The position numbers were made by a program, and so were the translations under genes. Of a stretch of DNA of 64,000 nt, positions 1 through 11,606 are shown piece after piece. Source of the DNA: Sporopachydermia quercuum (lineage: Eukaryota); contig BCGN01000001.1 in NCBI GenBank assembly GCA_001599295.1, forward strand, positions 1,860,001-1,924,000, in the 5' to 3' direction. Positions within the stretch are counted from its first letter, which is position 1. The number at the start of each line of letters is the position of its first letter. Below the pieces are notes generated by a model that saw only the letters and a list, made by a program, of their open reading frames with translations, did not search any database and had not been told where the DNA came from.

Positions 1-1168
1 ATTGATGATAGGACAGTCTATCGGCTTTTTTTTGCTCCGACTTATACGGAATTAGATCGAAGTTCCAAAGCTTGGTATCCATAATTCCATTCTTCTTATC
101 CATGAACACAGGTGTATGCGAGCCGAAAAACACTGGGACCTTGTTCTTAATTCTCGTTATTGCAATATCTGACAAGCTTTTAATTGANGCATTCAAGTAA
201 TGAACAGTTTTCGCTCCATGAACATTTCCTAACCTATCGATCTTGATGATCCTATCATACTGATTTCTAGGATCGTTCAATAGTGATATTGCCTTGGTGG
301 CATCATATTTCACAACATTTTTGTAAAACTCAATAGGAGTGAGCTCCTCAGAGTGATACTTATTGTCTTTATCAACGTACTCCCACGTAAATTTGTCATT
401 GGGACCTGGAGGTGTTCCAAGGAAAAGAATTAATAACTTATGAACTTCCTTTTGTTGATTCAATTTCAATTTAGACAACTCCTCAGGTGTTGCATTCTCT
501 TTAATTGCATTTCTCAGATGCATAGCAAACTCTCTTAATTTTGCCTTAATCATAAAGTTCATTCTATGTGATGCTGTTGTGTTATATGAGTCCGGGAACA
601 CATTGTTAGGGACAATACCATATTTCTCAACAATGTTTACAAACATGTCAAATTGGCCACCATCACAGGTAGGATCAGTTAGTAAATGTTGAACTAAACG
701 CGAGTCTAAATCTTCATTGGCTGTGGAAATGATTTGTTCCAAGAAAAAGTTTGCTTTCTCCAGCTTATCATAAAAGAACAAAAATGACGGAGACAATTGA
801 AATTCTTTCAAATTGTACCCTTTCATGATATTAACCCTAAGAACATTTGTTGCAGCAAATAACCAACATCTTCCACTAGATTTCTGATTGGTTATAGGTA
901 AGCCCTCTACGTCAATTGTGTTATTGAACAAGTTGACTGAATGCTCGATATACTTGTCTCTATTGATACAGACTTGATTGGCATCATTAGTACGTAAAGC
1001 TGATGCGGCAAGATTCAGATGAGCATCATTTTTAAATTCGTCTTGCCACGTTGATAGATTTTCAACTAATAGTTTATCAACTGGTTCAGTCATTTTCAAC
1101 GTGGAATAGTAATTCTTTCCAATTGTAAAACTAATAGAATTCAATGATCTTGTACTTCGGGATAACAT
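1..1168 (-). CDS. LAP3: Bleomycin hydrolase / cysteine aminopeptidase (peptidase C1B), 3' end runs off the window
   Basis: Manual translation from ATG 1168: MLSRSTRSLNSISFTIGKNYYSTLKMTEPVDK...PITNQKSSGRCWLFAATNVLR (catalytic Cys motif)...DPTCDGGQFDMFVNIVEKYGIVP. Second in-frame ATG at 1093. Not in ORF track because truncated. Confidence 0.95.
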   Translation of the reverse strand, partial: MLSRSTRSLNSISFTIGKNYYSTLKMTEPVDKLLVENLSTWQDEFKNDAHLNLAASALRTNDANQVCINRDKYIEHSVNLFNNTIDVEGLPITNQKSSGRCWLFAATNVLRVNIMKGYNLKEFQLSPSFLFFYDKLEKANFFLEQIISTANEDLDSRLVQHLLTDPTCDGGQFDMFVNIVEKYGIVPNNVFPDSYNTTASHRMNFMIKAKLREFAMHLRNAIKENATPEELSKLKLNQQKEVHKLLILFLGTPPGPNDKFTWEYVDKDNKYHSEELTPIEFYKNVVKYDATKAISLLNDPRNQYDRIIKIDRLGNVHGAKTVHYLNXSIKSLSDIAITRIKNKVPVFFGSHTPVFMDKKNGIMDTKLWNFDLIPYKSEQKKADRLSYHQ

Positions 1169-2396
1169 CAGCTTACTCTAGTCAATTGAGGTATCAGTTC
1201 ACTCAGCTTGAAATAGTAAAGCTAGAGACTTTTAGAGAACAGCTGAAAATTAGATTCCCTTGAGGTTGAGGCACTGTGATGATGTGCACATGAATAGAAT
1301 ATGTGATTCATCAGCTAGAATTAAGAGATAAGAATGGAAAAGATAAGAACACTCAAAACGTATTTAGAATCCACTTACTTTCTGAAGATGATATTCCGGA
1401 TATTATGTCAGAGAGAAAACGGAGACTATATAATCCATCTGTACGAAGAATCGAACTTGGATTACTGCAATTTTTCATTGACACAATCATTTGGAAACTC
1501 TTTGCTATTATTTCCACTGGATTGTCCAGCTATCTATCTTGAATGTTCCCCTTTTTCTCTATGATTGAAATAGATATTCACTGAGACGAGATATCCATTC
1601 TAGATTACCATAAATACTGCTCCTCCGGTATGATGGAAACTATCAGTTGTTAATGGTCTTACACACAAATGTTTGTAGTTCCTTCCAGAAAAAATAACCT
1701 TCTCCTGTCAAACAACATCATGTTTCTGATTAGGTTATAGACTATTAAATCTATAAACTAAATACCCGTATCAAATACTTTAACAATTCACTCATTCGAA
1801 CATCTCTCATTGTTTCATGGCCCAATCAGGAAATTTTCACTTCTTAAGCAGTTATTTCCTGTTAGGCGTTCTCCGTTGTTCATTTCCATGAATAATAAAT
1901 GAATGAACTGCCCAAACTTCAACAGTTTGTTTCGAATACTTCTTTCTTTTTTTCAATTTTGTCACATAAGCTGCTGATATTATTATTATTTCTTCAAATT
2001 CGCTCCCTGATCACTAAAATGGTCACTCACCCAATCGTCTTCAGTTGCTCAATCACCTCGTATACATAGACATATATTTTGGTTACGTAATTCAATATTC
2101 TTTTTGGAGTTCGAATCAAAGTCAGTCAACGCCAAATTGCATACTGAGTAGTAGGCAGTGAATAAAGGATACTAGCAGCTTATTGTCATATTTATGGATT
2201 TTGTTTTCCACCTTTATCTGTTGAATATTCTTAGAGGTAACCGTAGAAAAGTAGCTATTTGTTTGTTTTGTTGCATGCTGACATATCCTTGACTGAACTG
2301 GCTCACAGAACAATATAGCGGGTAGATGGTCCCTAATAATATCCAAGTTTCAGTTCATGTAGCGTGTCGTGTTGCATTGTGAATGGTTGAACTAGA

Positions 2397-5123
2397 ATGA
2401 TTACGATACCGAAGACTCTATTAGGAGTCATATGGTTGCTTGTATTCTGCAGTTCTTTATGTAGCGGTAGCAAAAATTTGTCAGGGCATCAGTACTATTT
2501 GATAGAAACTGAAGAAGGAGTGAGCAACGGAGAGCTAGAGAATAGCATCAATCAGATATTATCAGAGTTTGAATTGGTTGATTCAGCAGAAAATTGGTCA
2601 CAACTACAGCTTAAAAATCATTATATAATCTCAATTGAGAAAACAAAACATGACGAGTTCTTGCAAAGTTCAAACCCGGACCCCAAATACCCTGCAGATT
2701 CTGTTGCTTCTGAAGTAGAAAAATTCGTCCAAAGCTTAGAATCAGAAAAGTTCATTCATAAATATGATATTCACAAAGATGAGTTAGTTATTCTAGCACA
2801 TCCAGAAACCAATAAAAGGTTAAATAGAAGAAGCAACTTTGATAGCAATGTTTTCTCTCAACTTTTTGATTCAGGAGTCGTTTCAATCGAAAAGCTTCAA
2901 CCAAAAGTACTACAGAGGAGGGCTCCTGTACCATATCATTATGAAGATGATGACGCTTCACTATTTGAGAGAGGCATGCCAATAGATTCATCTTTATTAC
3001 CAATCAAAGAAGCACGTGAGAAGCTGGATATCAAAGATCCTCTGTTCGATGCTCAGTGGCATCTAATCAACCCAAACTTCATTGGTCACGATCTAAATGT
3101 ATCACCTGTTTGGTATCAAAATATTACAGGTAAAGGAACACATATTGCCATAGTTGATGATGGGCTTGATTTTGAATCATCAGATATTCAGGCTAACTAT
3201 TTTGCTCCTGGATCTTGGGACTTTAATGATCCTGGTCCAGATCCGAAACCTAGAAAAGCTGATGATCATCATGGAACTCGTTGTGCTGGTCAAGTTTCGG
3301 CAGTTAAGAATGATGTGTGCGGTGTCGGTATTGCATACGACTCTAAAGTTGCTGGTATAAGAATCCTTAGTGGTGAAATCACTGAAGTAGATGAAGCTGC
3401 TTCTCTCACTTTTGGTATGGATAAAGGAAATGATATTTATTCTTGTTCATGGGGTCCTCCTGATGATGGCAAAAGTATGGCAGATCCTCCAATGATTGTA
3501 CGTAAATCAATGTTAGAAGGTATCAACAAAGGAAGAGACGGAAAAGGTTTGGTTTATGTTTTTGCCAGTGGCAACGGAGCTAGAAATGAGGATAACTGTA
3601 ATTTCGATGGTTATACAAATTCAATCTACTCTATAACAGTTGGTGCTATTGATCATAGAGGTTTGTACCCGCAATATTCAGAGGCTTGTGCCGCCGTGAT
3701 GTGTGTTTCTTATAGCTCGGGATCTGGTGAACACATCCATACCACTGATATTCATAAAACATGTTCAGACGGACATGGTGGTACATCTGCTGCCGCTCCT
3801 AACGCTGTAGGTGTTTACGCTCTAGTAATAGAAGTTAGACCAGATTTAACCTGGCGTGACTTTCAATATCTTACAATTGAGTCAGCCACTGATGTCAATT
3901 CTCATGATGGNTCATGGCAAGATGTTCATGCTGGTGCCAGGAAAAAGTTCTCTCCAAGGTATGGATTCGGACGTGTAGATGCTTCAAAAATTGTTGAACT
4001 TGCGAAAACATGGAAAGTGGTGAATCCTCAGACATGGTGGTTTTCTCCTATACAGACAATTGAAGATAGTAAATTGCCATACTCTGGAAGTAATCTAGAT
4101 CCTGCTGATGAGGACAAGGGTGTCAAGAGTGTTATAACGGTCACCAAACAAGATATGAAAGAAGCTAATATCAAGAGAATTGAGCATGTAACAGTTACAG
4201 TCAATATTGATCATGCGAGCAGAGGCAAAATCTCTGTATTGTTAGTAGGCCCAGGTGGTATAAAATCCGTTCTTGCTCCTTTTAGAAGATTTGATAAAAG
4301 TGGTACTGGTTTTGTTGATTGGACATTTATGTCAGTGGCACATTGGGGAGGTACTGGTGTTGGGGATTGGACTCTGGTGGTTAAAAATGGTGATTCTATT
4401 CTTGATGGGCAGTTCAAAAACTGGAAGTTAAGATTATGGGGAGAAGCTGAAGATGCAACAAAATCTCATGCTTACTCTTTAGATAAACCCGATGAGGATT
4501 CTCAAAATGGAGATAATGATGGCGATGAGAATAAAAATGAGAATGAAAACGATGATGGTATCAAGGGCGATATGAGTACCAACGATTCGAACAAAACTGA
4601 TGGTCCTTCTACTGAACCCTCTACTGAGCCTTCTGAGACTGATCAGAATGGATATACTGATGATGATGAAGATAATAATGATGACGGTATAATATCTTGG
4701 CTTACGTCTTACGAATCATACTTCTTGTTTATCCTATTATTTGGATTCTCCATGATGATGATTTATATGTTTGGCTTACCTTGTACAAATTCAAGGAACT
4801 CTGGTAAGAGAACGCGTAGAAATCAAAGAGATAATTATGAGTTTGATATCCTGAGACCTGAAGATTATACAAGTGATAGTGATAGTGATAGTGATACAGA
4901 ACGAAATAATTATCGTAGTAGTGGAAGAAACAATGTTCCAGTAGCAATTTATGATGAAGATCAGCACAATCAAAATAAATCGCTCCAGAACCAGCTGCAA
5001 CAGGAGCATGATAATGCTGACGAAAATGAAGACATAGGCGAAGAAATATTCAAAGTTGATTCTATTGATAGTTTAGATGGTCTTGGAAAGGAAAGTGACA
5101 GCGCAAAACCTGTTGATAAATAA
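2397..5123 (+). CDS. KEX2: Kexin, subtilisin-like proprotein convertase
   Basis: Signal peptide; catalytic motifs IVDDG, HHGTRCAG, FASGNG, HGGTSAAAP; P-domain (EHVTVTVNIDH, DWTFMSVAHWG); TM helix; cytosolic YEFDI TGN-localisation motif. Confidence 0.97.
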   Translation: MITIPKTLLGVIWLLVFCSSLCSGSKNLSGHQYYLIETEEGVSNGELENSINQILSEFELVDSAENWSQLQLKNHYIISIEKTKHDEFLQSSNPDPKYPADSVASEVEKFVQSLESEKFIHKYDIHKDELVILAHPETNKRLNRRSNFDSNVFSQLFDSGVVSIEKLQPKVLQRRAPVPYHYEDDDASLFERGMPIDSSLLPIKEAREKLDIKDPLFDAQWHLINPNFIGHDLNVSPVWYQNITGKGTHIAIVDDGLDFESSDIQANYFAPGSWDFNDPGPDPKPRKADDHHGTRCAGQVSAVKNDVCGVGIAYDSKVAGIRILSGEITEVDEAASLTFGMDKGNDIYSCSWGPPDDGKSMADPPMIVRKSMLEGINKGRDGKGLVYVFASGNGARNEDNCNFDGYTNSIYSITVGAIDHRGLYPQYSEACAAVMCVSYSSGSGEHIHTTDIHKTCSDGHGGTSAAAPNAVGVYALVIEVRPDLTWRDFQYLTIESATDVNSHDXSWQDVHAGARKKFSPRYGFGRVDASKIVELAKTWKVVNPQTWWFSPIQTIEDSKLPYSGSNLDPADEDKGVKSVITVTKQDMKEANIKRIEHVTVTVNIDHASRGKISVLLVGPGGIKSVLAPFRRFDKSGTGFVDWTFMSVAHWGGTGVGDWTLVVKNGDSILDGQFKNWKLRLWGEAEDATKSHAYSLDKPDEDSQNGDNDGDENKNENENDDGIKGDMSTNDSNKTDGPSTEPSTEPSETDQNGYTDDDEDNNDDGIISWLTSYESYFLFILLFGFSMMMIYMFGLPCTNSRNSGKRTRRNQRDNYEFDILRPEDYTSDSDSDSDTERNNYRSSGRNNVPVAIYDEDQHNQNKSLQNQLQQEHDNADENEDIGEEIFKVDSIDSLDGLGKESDSAKPVDK
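4872..4895 (+). repeat. (AGTGAT)4 coding microsatellite giving SDSDSDSD in the Kex2 tail
   Basis: Read directly from the sequence. Confidence 0.85.
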
Positions 5124-5589
5124 TATCTATTAATGCATTTTTATCCTGATCCTTAATTTAGTCATCTGATATTATTGTGCTGTGTGTTGTCTTTTTCTTT
5201 ATTCCTTTTGAATTATCCATATCTNTGTCGATCAGTTCCTCACATTGGCAGGTATTCTCTGGTAGTAATAACTTAGCAAATCTGAATCAAAACATCTACA
5301 ACAATTGATAGGTAGAACCCGATGCACTAGTGAGTACTAAAATACCATTCAATCTAAGAAAAACAAGTATATAGTAAATGACAATGCAAAAAAGTAAGTC
5401 TCTTAACCCCATGGTTACAATCATCATTTATTTGCAACAATTCAACATATATTCACTCTTCTTCTATTCTCCACCTCTTTCTTCTTCTTCATTATTCTCC
5501 GTTCAATCCTCACCTTTACCTTATTTCCATCATTGAGATATAATCTCTCATTAACTCGGCAACCCTTACCTATGCACTTCTCCAGAGAT

Positions 5590-5991
5590 TTAATGATTCT
5601 TTTCAAAATATGACCACTGGCCTTCGACTGGCTTTTCTTCTAAGTCTTCCCAAGCTTTCCATTCAATCATCTTATCAATCAAGTCGTACTCTTCATTTGC
5701 TTGGATCAAAACTTCTTCAATCAAACCGTTACCGATTTCATTCTCAATCACTTCTATAACATCATTCTTTTCAACTATGGCCAGTCTCGCCTTAGTCATA
5801 TTTTCCACTGAGGTTCTGTAAATGCTTTCTTTTGGTATAGTTTCTAGCTTCTTCAAAGTGGCGTTATAAAGGGTAATCAAAGCAGGTCTAGGATTGGGAT
5901 GAGTTAGAATTCCTGCTAAACCAGTCGGTCGTCCTTCTCCTGGTTTGACCAAAACCTTTTGAGCTTGTCTTAGCACACTATTAAATCTCAT
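5590..5991 (-). CDS. Complex I accessory subunit NDUFA5/NUFM (B13)
   Basis: PTGLAGILTHPNPRPALITLYNATL...YRTSVENMT...IGNGLIEEVLIQANEE...WKAWEDLEEKPVEGQWSYF, typical of the family. Confidence 0.9.
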   Translation of the reverse strand: MRFNSVLRQAQKVLVKPGEGRPTGLAGILTHPNPRPALITLYNATLKKLETIPKESIYRTSVENMTKARLAIVEKNDVIEVIENEIGNGLIEEVLIQANEEYDLIDKMIEWKAWEDLEEKPVEGQWSYFEKNH

Positions 5992-6170
5992 TGTGAAATA
6001 TATCTTATGGGTTCCTTCTTGACTTGATAACAGTTATCCTAATGAATGTATACTACCAATCAGGTATCGATTTGCNTCATAACAATTCCAAAATTTGATA
6101 ATCTTCTCCTCTACAGTCCAATTTCTAATAGTAGTAATGAGATCTTAATTTGTAATGTAAAAGAAGCTGT

Positions 6171-6236
6171 TGATTGGCCGTGAACTTTTNCCAAGGGGTG
6201 TTANTCTGGAGACTAGAAGAGTGAAAGGCCGGGTAA
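6171..6236. promoter_or_regulatory. CCAAT/Hap-type box (TGATTGG 6171-6177) and Reb1-type site (CCGGGTAA 6229-6236) upstream of NDUFA5
   Basis: Exact motif matches 180-245 bp upstream of the ATG; function inferred. Confidence 0.5.
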
Positions 6237-7099
6237 AATAGGGTAATTCACATTGAGAATGCGATGCAGAGGTTGCACATGATAGTACAGTACAGTACAT
6301 ATCAAAAGATGTTATAAAGATGAACATTCTAAGCTCAATATCAACCAGAAAATGACTATTTAGAATAAAAAAGGTATCTTACATCTTTCTTTGATTAATT
6401 TAATACACATGAAATGAGTTAATAGGCCAAGATTACTTTGTCTAACACACTTTTGTAAGTGTTCTTAGTGCATACTTCGTGCATTTGGCGGGCGGAGTAG
6501 AGGATGGGAATAGTTGGTGATGAACAGTCAAAGGTTGTTCGTTGGAGGTCTTTAGAATCCGAGTGTTCTGTTAATAAATTGAAAATTCTATAGAGTACTA
6601 TTCATTCCTATCAATTGTATCGCATATCCTTACCCGATTAAGTGACTGGAAATGTCGTAAAAAATGAGAAGTTTCGATAACCTTGAAGTAAACTGTGAGT
6701 AAACTGTGTGCACCTCAAGTATACTCTTAGCTGCAGCCTACAATCTTATATAGCCCATATCAGTCCAATAAGTATAAATGAATAAACAATACATTACATT
6801 GATATATTACAGTTCAATTTGAATACATCCAAATCAATATAGCATTTTCAGCTCAGTTTCATGTACAATTCATGTATTGTTTTGTCTCATCGCTAAAATT
6901 AAGTGGGGAATTAATACAGTTCTGAAGAATTCCCGTTATTTATAGGAGCGTTGTCCTCAACAAAAAAAATGTGAAATTCGTATGAACAGTGTTTATGGTG
7001 AGTCGTCAGTTGTTTCGTTCTTCGAATACTGAAGTAATCAATTCATGTTATAGATTGTAACAGATTACTCGGAACTAATTCAATATCAAAACGTTCAAA

Positions 7100-7555
7100 A
7101 TGGTCTCCGATTTATTCAACGAAAAGGTAAGTGCAAAAAGTTTGTTACATTGAGTTTGAAAGTCATAGTAACAATAGGAGTTGATAGTGATTGATATTTA
7201 AGATTGATTCAATCGAGATAGCTAACAAATGTGTAGGCTGAAGCAGTCAAGAACTTGCCTTCCAAGCCAAATGATGATGAACTTTTAGAGGTATGTAGAT
7301 AGTATTCTACCACTGAGACGGAATATTAGGAATCAATGATTGAGTTCTGACGACTAACATTCCGTTCTTATTTAGCTATATGGATTGTATAAGCAAGCCA
7401 CTGTTGGTGATAACACTACACCAAAGCCAGGTTTATTTGACTTCAAGGGGAAGTTCAAGTGGGAAGCTTGGGAGCAACTGAAGGGTCTTTCTCCAGAAGA
7501 AGCTGAACAAANGTATATTGAATTGGTTGACAGTTTAATTGCTAAATATAACTAA
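7100..7555 (+). CDS. ACB1: Acyl-CoA-binding protein, 3 exons (7100-7126, 7237-7290, 7376-7555)
   Basis: Spliced product [64 protein letters not shown]...; introns GTAAGT..GCTAAC..TAG and GTATGT..GACTAAC..TAG. Confidence 0.95.
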
Positions 7556-7655
7556 ACGCGTCCGGGGAACATGGTATTCGTGCAATTGATTACTTATTCT
7601 TTATCTCTAATGATATTCAATATCTTATAATAGTCTGATTTGCTTTCTTATACAT

Positions 7656-8279
7656 TTACACACTTTTCTCCAATTTCGTAAGACTCTTAAACAATCTCTT
7701 AGACATATCTAGCGCAAGTAGCAATGGGATCAAGAATGTTGGAAAGTACACACCAGTTAACAATAGTTTCTCACTGTTGGTTAAAATGTAGTCACTAGAT
7801 GCGATTGATGGTATATTTGAGAAATTATGTCTCTGAGTATCTAGACCAACAGTAATAAGACAAGCGAACGTTGTTAAACAAGCATTGATCCCATAAATCA
7901 ACCCAATAATGTACAATTTAGTCTTGCTTTTCTGAGGTAACTTGTTGATATTGAAAAATTTATAACTGCCATAGAAGAATACAGGAAGCTGAAATATCAA
8001 TTCAATTGCTACAAAAGATTGAAACCACAACGGTCGCTCCTGTAAGAGAAAGTCTTTGTTTTGGCTAATTTGAGTACCAAGCAGTTTCTCAGTCAAGGCG
8101 AAGTGGGGGTAATTACCCACCGGAAACAGTATATATGCATCAATAAGGATTGTGATAGGAATATGTATCAGGCTATTGTTTAATGATTGTTAGTTGATCA
8201 ATCTAACACCCTCCGGCGCANGGCTAGTTAGAATTTGTACTTACAAATAGCACCCGTAAAACAGGTCAAGTAGAGCCAT
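7656..8279 (-). CDS. EXPERA/TMEM97 (Ema19-like) membrane protein, 2 exons (8279-8245, 8172-7656)
   Basis: Spliced start MALLDLFYGCYF|LIHIPITILIDA; internal PLWFQSFVAIELIFQLPVFFYG and IYGINACLTTFACL; intron GTAAGT..ACTAAC..TAG at 8244-8173. Confidence 0.85.
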
Positions 8280-8632
8280 TTTTAATAATTGATCTGTTCT
8301 ATCTTTCAGCTGAGTGCGAATATTAATTATTGATTAATAATGTTATCACAATTGTTTGCAATGTTTGTAGTGATAGTCATGAAACTAAAGGTCAGGTTGA
8401 TTATCAATGCTAATGGATGCCTCCCTTGGTTTGACTAAGCACATTTTTTGCGAAGAAACTCACTTGGAGCGATGAATTGAGACCCATAGTGTGCTAAAAA
8501 AAATTGCTTGTGAATTATAGATATAATCATTGTCTCTTTCTTTGTCGACTATAGTAGATAGTTTTTATTGTATTTGAATTACTGGAGAAAGTAGGGAAAT
8601 AGACTTGGAGTAAACTATCAGATTGCTCTACA

Positions 8633-9562
8633 ATGACGGAAAGAGAGGTCAAAAGGCTTAAAGTTGATAGCTTACAGAACTCATCAGCAAATAGCGGGAA
8701 GAATGATTCACAATCACAGGTTGACCAAAAGTTGAATAACGGGTGTAGTGGGAACAATGGGAACAATGGATTTGGCAATATTATTTGGATCGATTGCGAG
8801 GTAAGTTTGCTTTTGTTATAGCTGTTAGCTGAATTGTTATAATGGTAGAAGTTACCGGTTTGTACTAACGAGTTCTTTTTATTTACTCAGATGACAGGTT
8901 TAGACACTGTTACGGATCATATTATAGAAGTTTGTTGTCTCGTGACAGACAAAGACTTGAATATACTTGATGAAGAAGGATATGAATCTGTGATTCATTA
9001 TGACAAAGAAGTTATGGATAAAATGAATGAATGGTGTATTGAGCATCATGGTCACTCTGGTTTGACAGAGAAAGTGATTAATTCCACTAAAACACTTCCT
9101 GAAGTTGAGAAAGAATTGTTAACATACATTCAAAGGTTTATTCAGCAAAAGGGCATCGGCATTTTAGCAGGTAACTCTATCCATATGGATAAATTGTTTA
9201 TGATGAGGGAAATGCCATCGATAATTGACTATCTCACTTACAGACTTCTTGACGTATCGTCATTTCATGAGTTCTGCTATAGACATAATAAGAAACTCTT
9301 GAGGTCGAAACCAAAAAAGAAGAAGCTCCATACTGCGAAGCAGGATATTTATGAGAGTATTGAGGAGATGAGATGGTTCCGTGATAAATACTTAGTTGGT
9401 CCAGGACAAATGATAGTGAATAATTCTTATTTTTCGAAACAGAAGAAAGACAAGAATGGTGAGAAAGAAACCGAAGGATATAATAATAATTCGGTTAGCG
9501 GGAGTTTGAATATTGCGAAGTCACAGAGTAAGGTTGATGAGGATGCGAATCAAACAAACTAG
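8633..9562 (+). CDS. REX2: Oligoribonuclease (DEDDh exonuclease), 2 exons (8633-8800, 8891-9562)
   Basis: Splicing GTAAGT..TACTAAC..CAG restores WIDCE|MTGLD; also LAGNSIHMDKLF, YRLLDVSS, HTAKQDIYESIEE. Confidence 0.93.
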
Positions 9563-10613
9563 CATACAATGGGAAAAGTTCTGTTCAGTTGTCCATATCC
9601 TAAGTGCAAAATAAGAAAAGGAGAACTCATCATTTAGCAGCTGTGTTTTCCTATTATCTTTCATCAAGAGCCGGTGAAGACAATGGCTGTTTTGGTGGAA
9701 ATGGATCCTCTTGTTTGATCAGATCAAGAAGGGTTATATGTTCTAAGCTATAGAAAGTGCCTATTGATTGAACTATGTTCCAAAATGGAGTTGAAAAAGA
9801 AGAAAAAATAAAGAGAAAAAAAGTTACCATGAGGTGGGCACATTGATTTTTCAAAGCTATAAAATAAATCATGAGGCATAATCTCAAACTATTTATAAAA
9901 TGAATGCTTGATAGATAATGCGATGTTATTTTACTGATACTTTTGGCTTGAGTAGATGTTTATATTGATAGTTAATTAGGTTGTCCTTAGAGAAACAAAG
10001 TTCATATATACGAAGCTGTTCCTGGAAATAAGATCAACGCCTAGTAACAACAAGTCTTACCACTGAGAACTAACTACTTCACCAAAAAACAGTTTCTTGA
10101 AGCTGTGGAAGATATTTTATATGTATATCAATATACTTTAGATGAATTAATCAGTTTAAGAACAGTAATAGTTGTGAGAAAGATGAAGTTGATAGCTTTT
10201 AGTTAGTTTAGAACTCAGTTTAGAAGTAAACTTTATTTGAAATTCTATCAATCAGTATGAATTTCATTTACAGGAAAGTGAGAAGTTGAGTACAATTTCA
10301 CATTCTAGGTTATGCACGTAAATTGAATATAGTAGTACTACTCGTTTGATCATTCAATAATAAATAAGTGTAATCTTGTTCTAATTTTCTTTTATATATT
10401 TACTCTTTCGCGTTCCTTATTGAGTACGATAATGCATTTGTGTTTATTAATTGTAAAGCTTATTTCTAGTTTTAAGTTTCACATACATATGCTTCCACAA
10501 AGTTAAGTTCTTGTGCAAAGAAGGAATAGAATATTCAAACAATTGTATTATTTAACTCTTGAGAAAAGAGAAAGGAAGACCTACATACTACAGCGAAGAT
10601 TACAAGAGCAGTA

Positions 10614-11606
10614 TTAATTTGTTGAGTTATTATTACTCATTTTTGATACTAGGTTAAATTTACGTAACTTCGAAAACGATTGTCTTTGATGTTGTTTAGC
10701 ACTTATACCTGGAGTAATTGGCAAATGATCATTCGATGAAGACTTGTCGGGGGTATCCCTGAACAAATCATCATTGCTGTTTTCAGCAGAATCCCCTCCC
10801 ACTAATGATGATNTTGAAGAGTGATACTCAAGGGGTACATTATTCTTGAGAGGAAAAGTCGGATTTGATATTGATAAGGGCGTAGAAACAGTTTCAAAAT
10901 GCATAGGCGACTTGGGGGTTCTTATCAGCACGACAGACAGACTAACTCTTTGTTTGGCTTGCCTGAGATTATCCATGACCGAATGCTTGTTCAAAAATGA
11001 GTTCCAGTAAATACGTTGTTTTACCACTNCATCTGGTGAGTTTTCAATTTTTTCAAACCCATTTGTTCCATTATGACCGGTGAAGTTTAATGTACTCTCA
11101 GTTTGAAGGGATGCACTGCTGGAAACATTATTATCCCAGCCTCTTTCCGAAACTACGAAATGATCTAACTGTACTGGTTGAGAATGTTTTTTTGGTCTGA
11201 AAAACATGCTATGCTTCTGTGATTTCGACTCAGTATAACTTAGGGCTATTGACTTTTTCCTGGCTTTCAGATGCGCCATTCGTAAGAGTAATGCAACCAA
11301 TCCTATGACTACGATTACCGTTATGCTCACTCCTATCGCTATGGCAGCTGTTTTACTCTCTGAATGTGAATTTCCTGTTGACGGTGTCCATGTAGGGACC
11401 AGCGATGTAGTGACTGTTTCATTTGATATGGTATTGGTAAAAGTAGAATGTGATGCATACTCTGTTGTAGTGGATGAAGTTGAAAAAAGAGCTGAAGTAG
11501 TTAGAGTTGTAGGATTAGTTGTTCGAGTCAAAACTTCAGTTACAGGCTCTTTGGTAGTGGAAGGATCAACAACGTTGTTGATCGTTAATGTGGGAAGAGA
11601 GCTCAT
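10614..11606 (-). CDS. Ser/Thr-rich single-pass membrane protein without signal peptide (Prm5/Csi2- or Fus1-like architecture)
   Basis: First ATG 11606 (MSSLPTLT...), about 85 aa S/T-rich segment, one hydrophobic helix AAIAIGVSITVIVVIGLVALLL followed by basic residues, disordered tail. Family assignment tentative. Confidence 0.7.
   Translation of the reverse strand: MSSLPTLTINNVVDPSTTKEPVTEVLTRTTNPTTLTTSALFSTSSTTTEYASHSTFTNTISNETVTTSLVPTWTPSTGNSHSESKTAAIAIGVSITVIVVIGLVALLLRMAHLKARKKSIALSYTESKSQKHSMFFRPKKHSQPVQLDHFVVSERGWDNNVSSSASLQTESTLNFTGHNGTNGFEKIENSPDXVVKQRIYWNSFLNKHSVMDNLRQAKQRVSLSVVLIRTPKSPMHFETVSTPLSISNPTFPLKNNVPLEYHSSXSSLVGGDSAENSNDDLFRDTPDKSSSNDHLPITPGISAKQHQRQSFSKLRKFNLVSKMSNNNSTN

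Noticed and set aside
2100..2122. GAGTTCGAATC resembling a tRNA B-box/T-loop
   Set aside because: No A-box, acceptor stem or cloverleaf around it.
9654..9887. 77-aa minus-strand ORF as a possible downstream exon (e.g. SH3) of the membrane protein
   Set aside because: No recognisable domain or convincing splice path; lies in the REX2 3' region.
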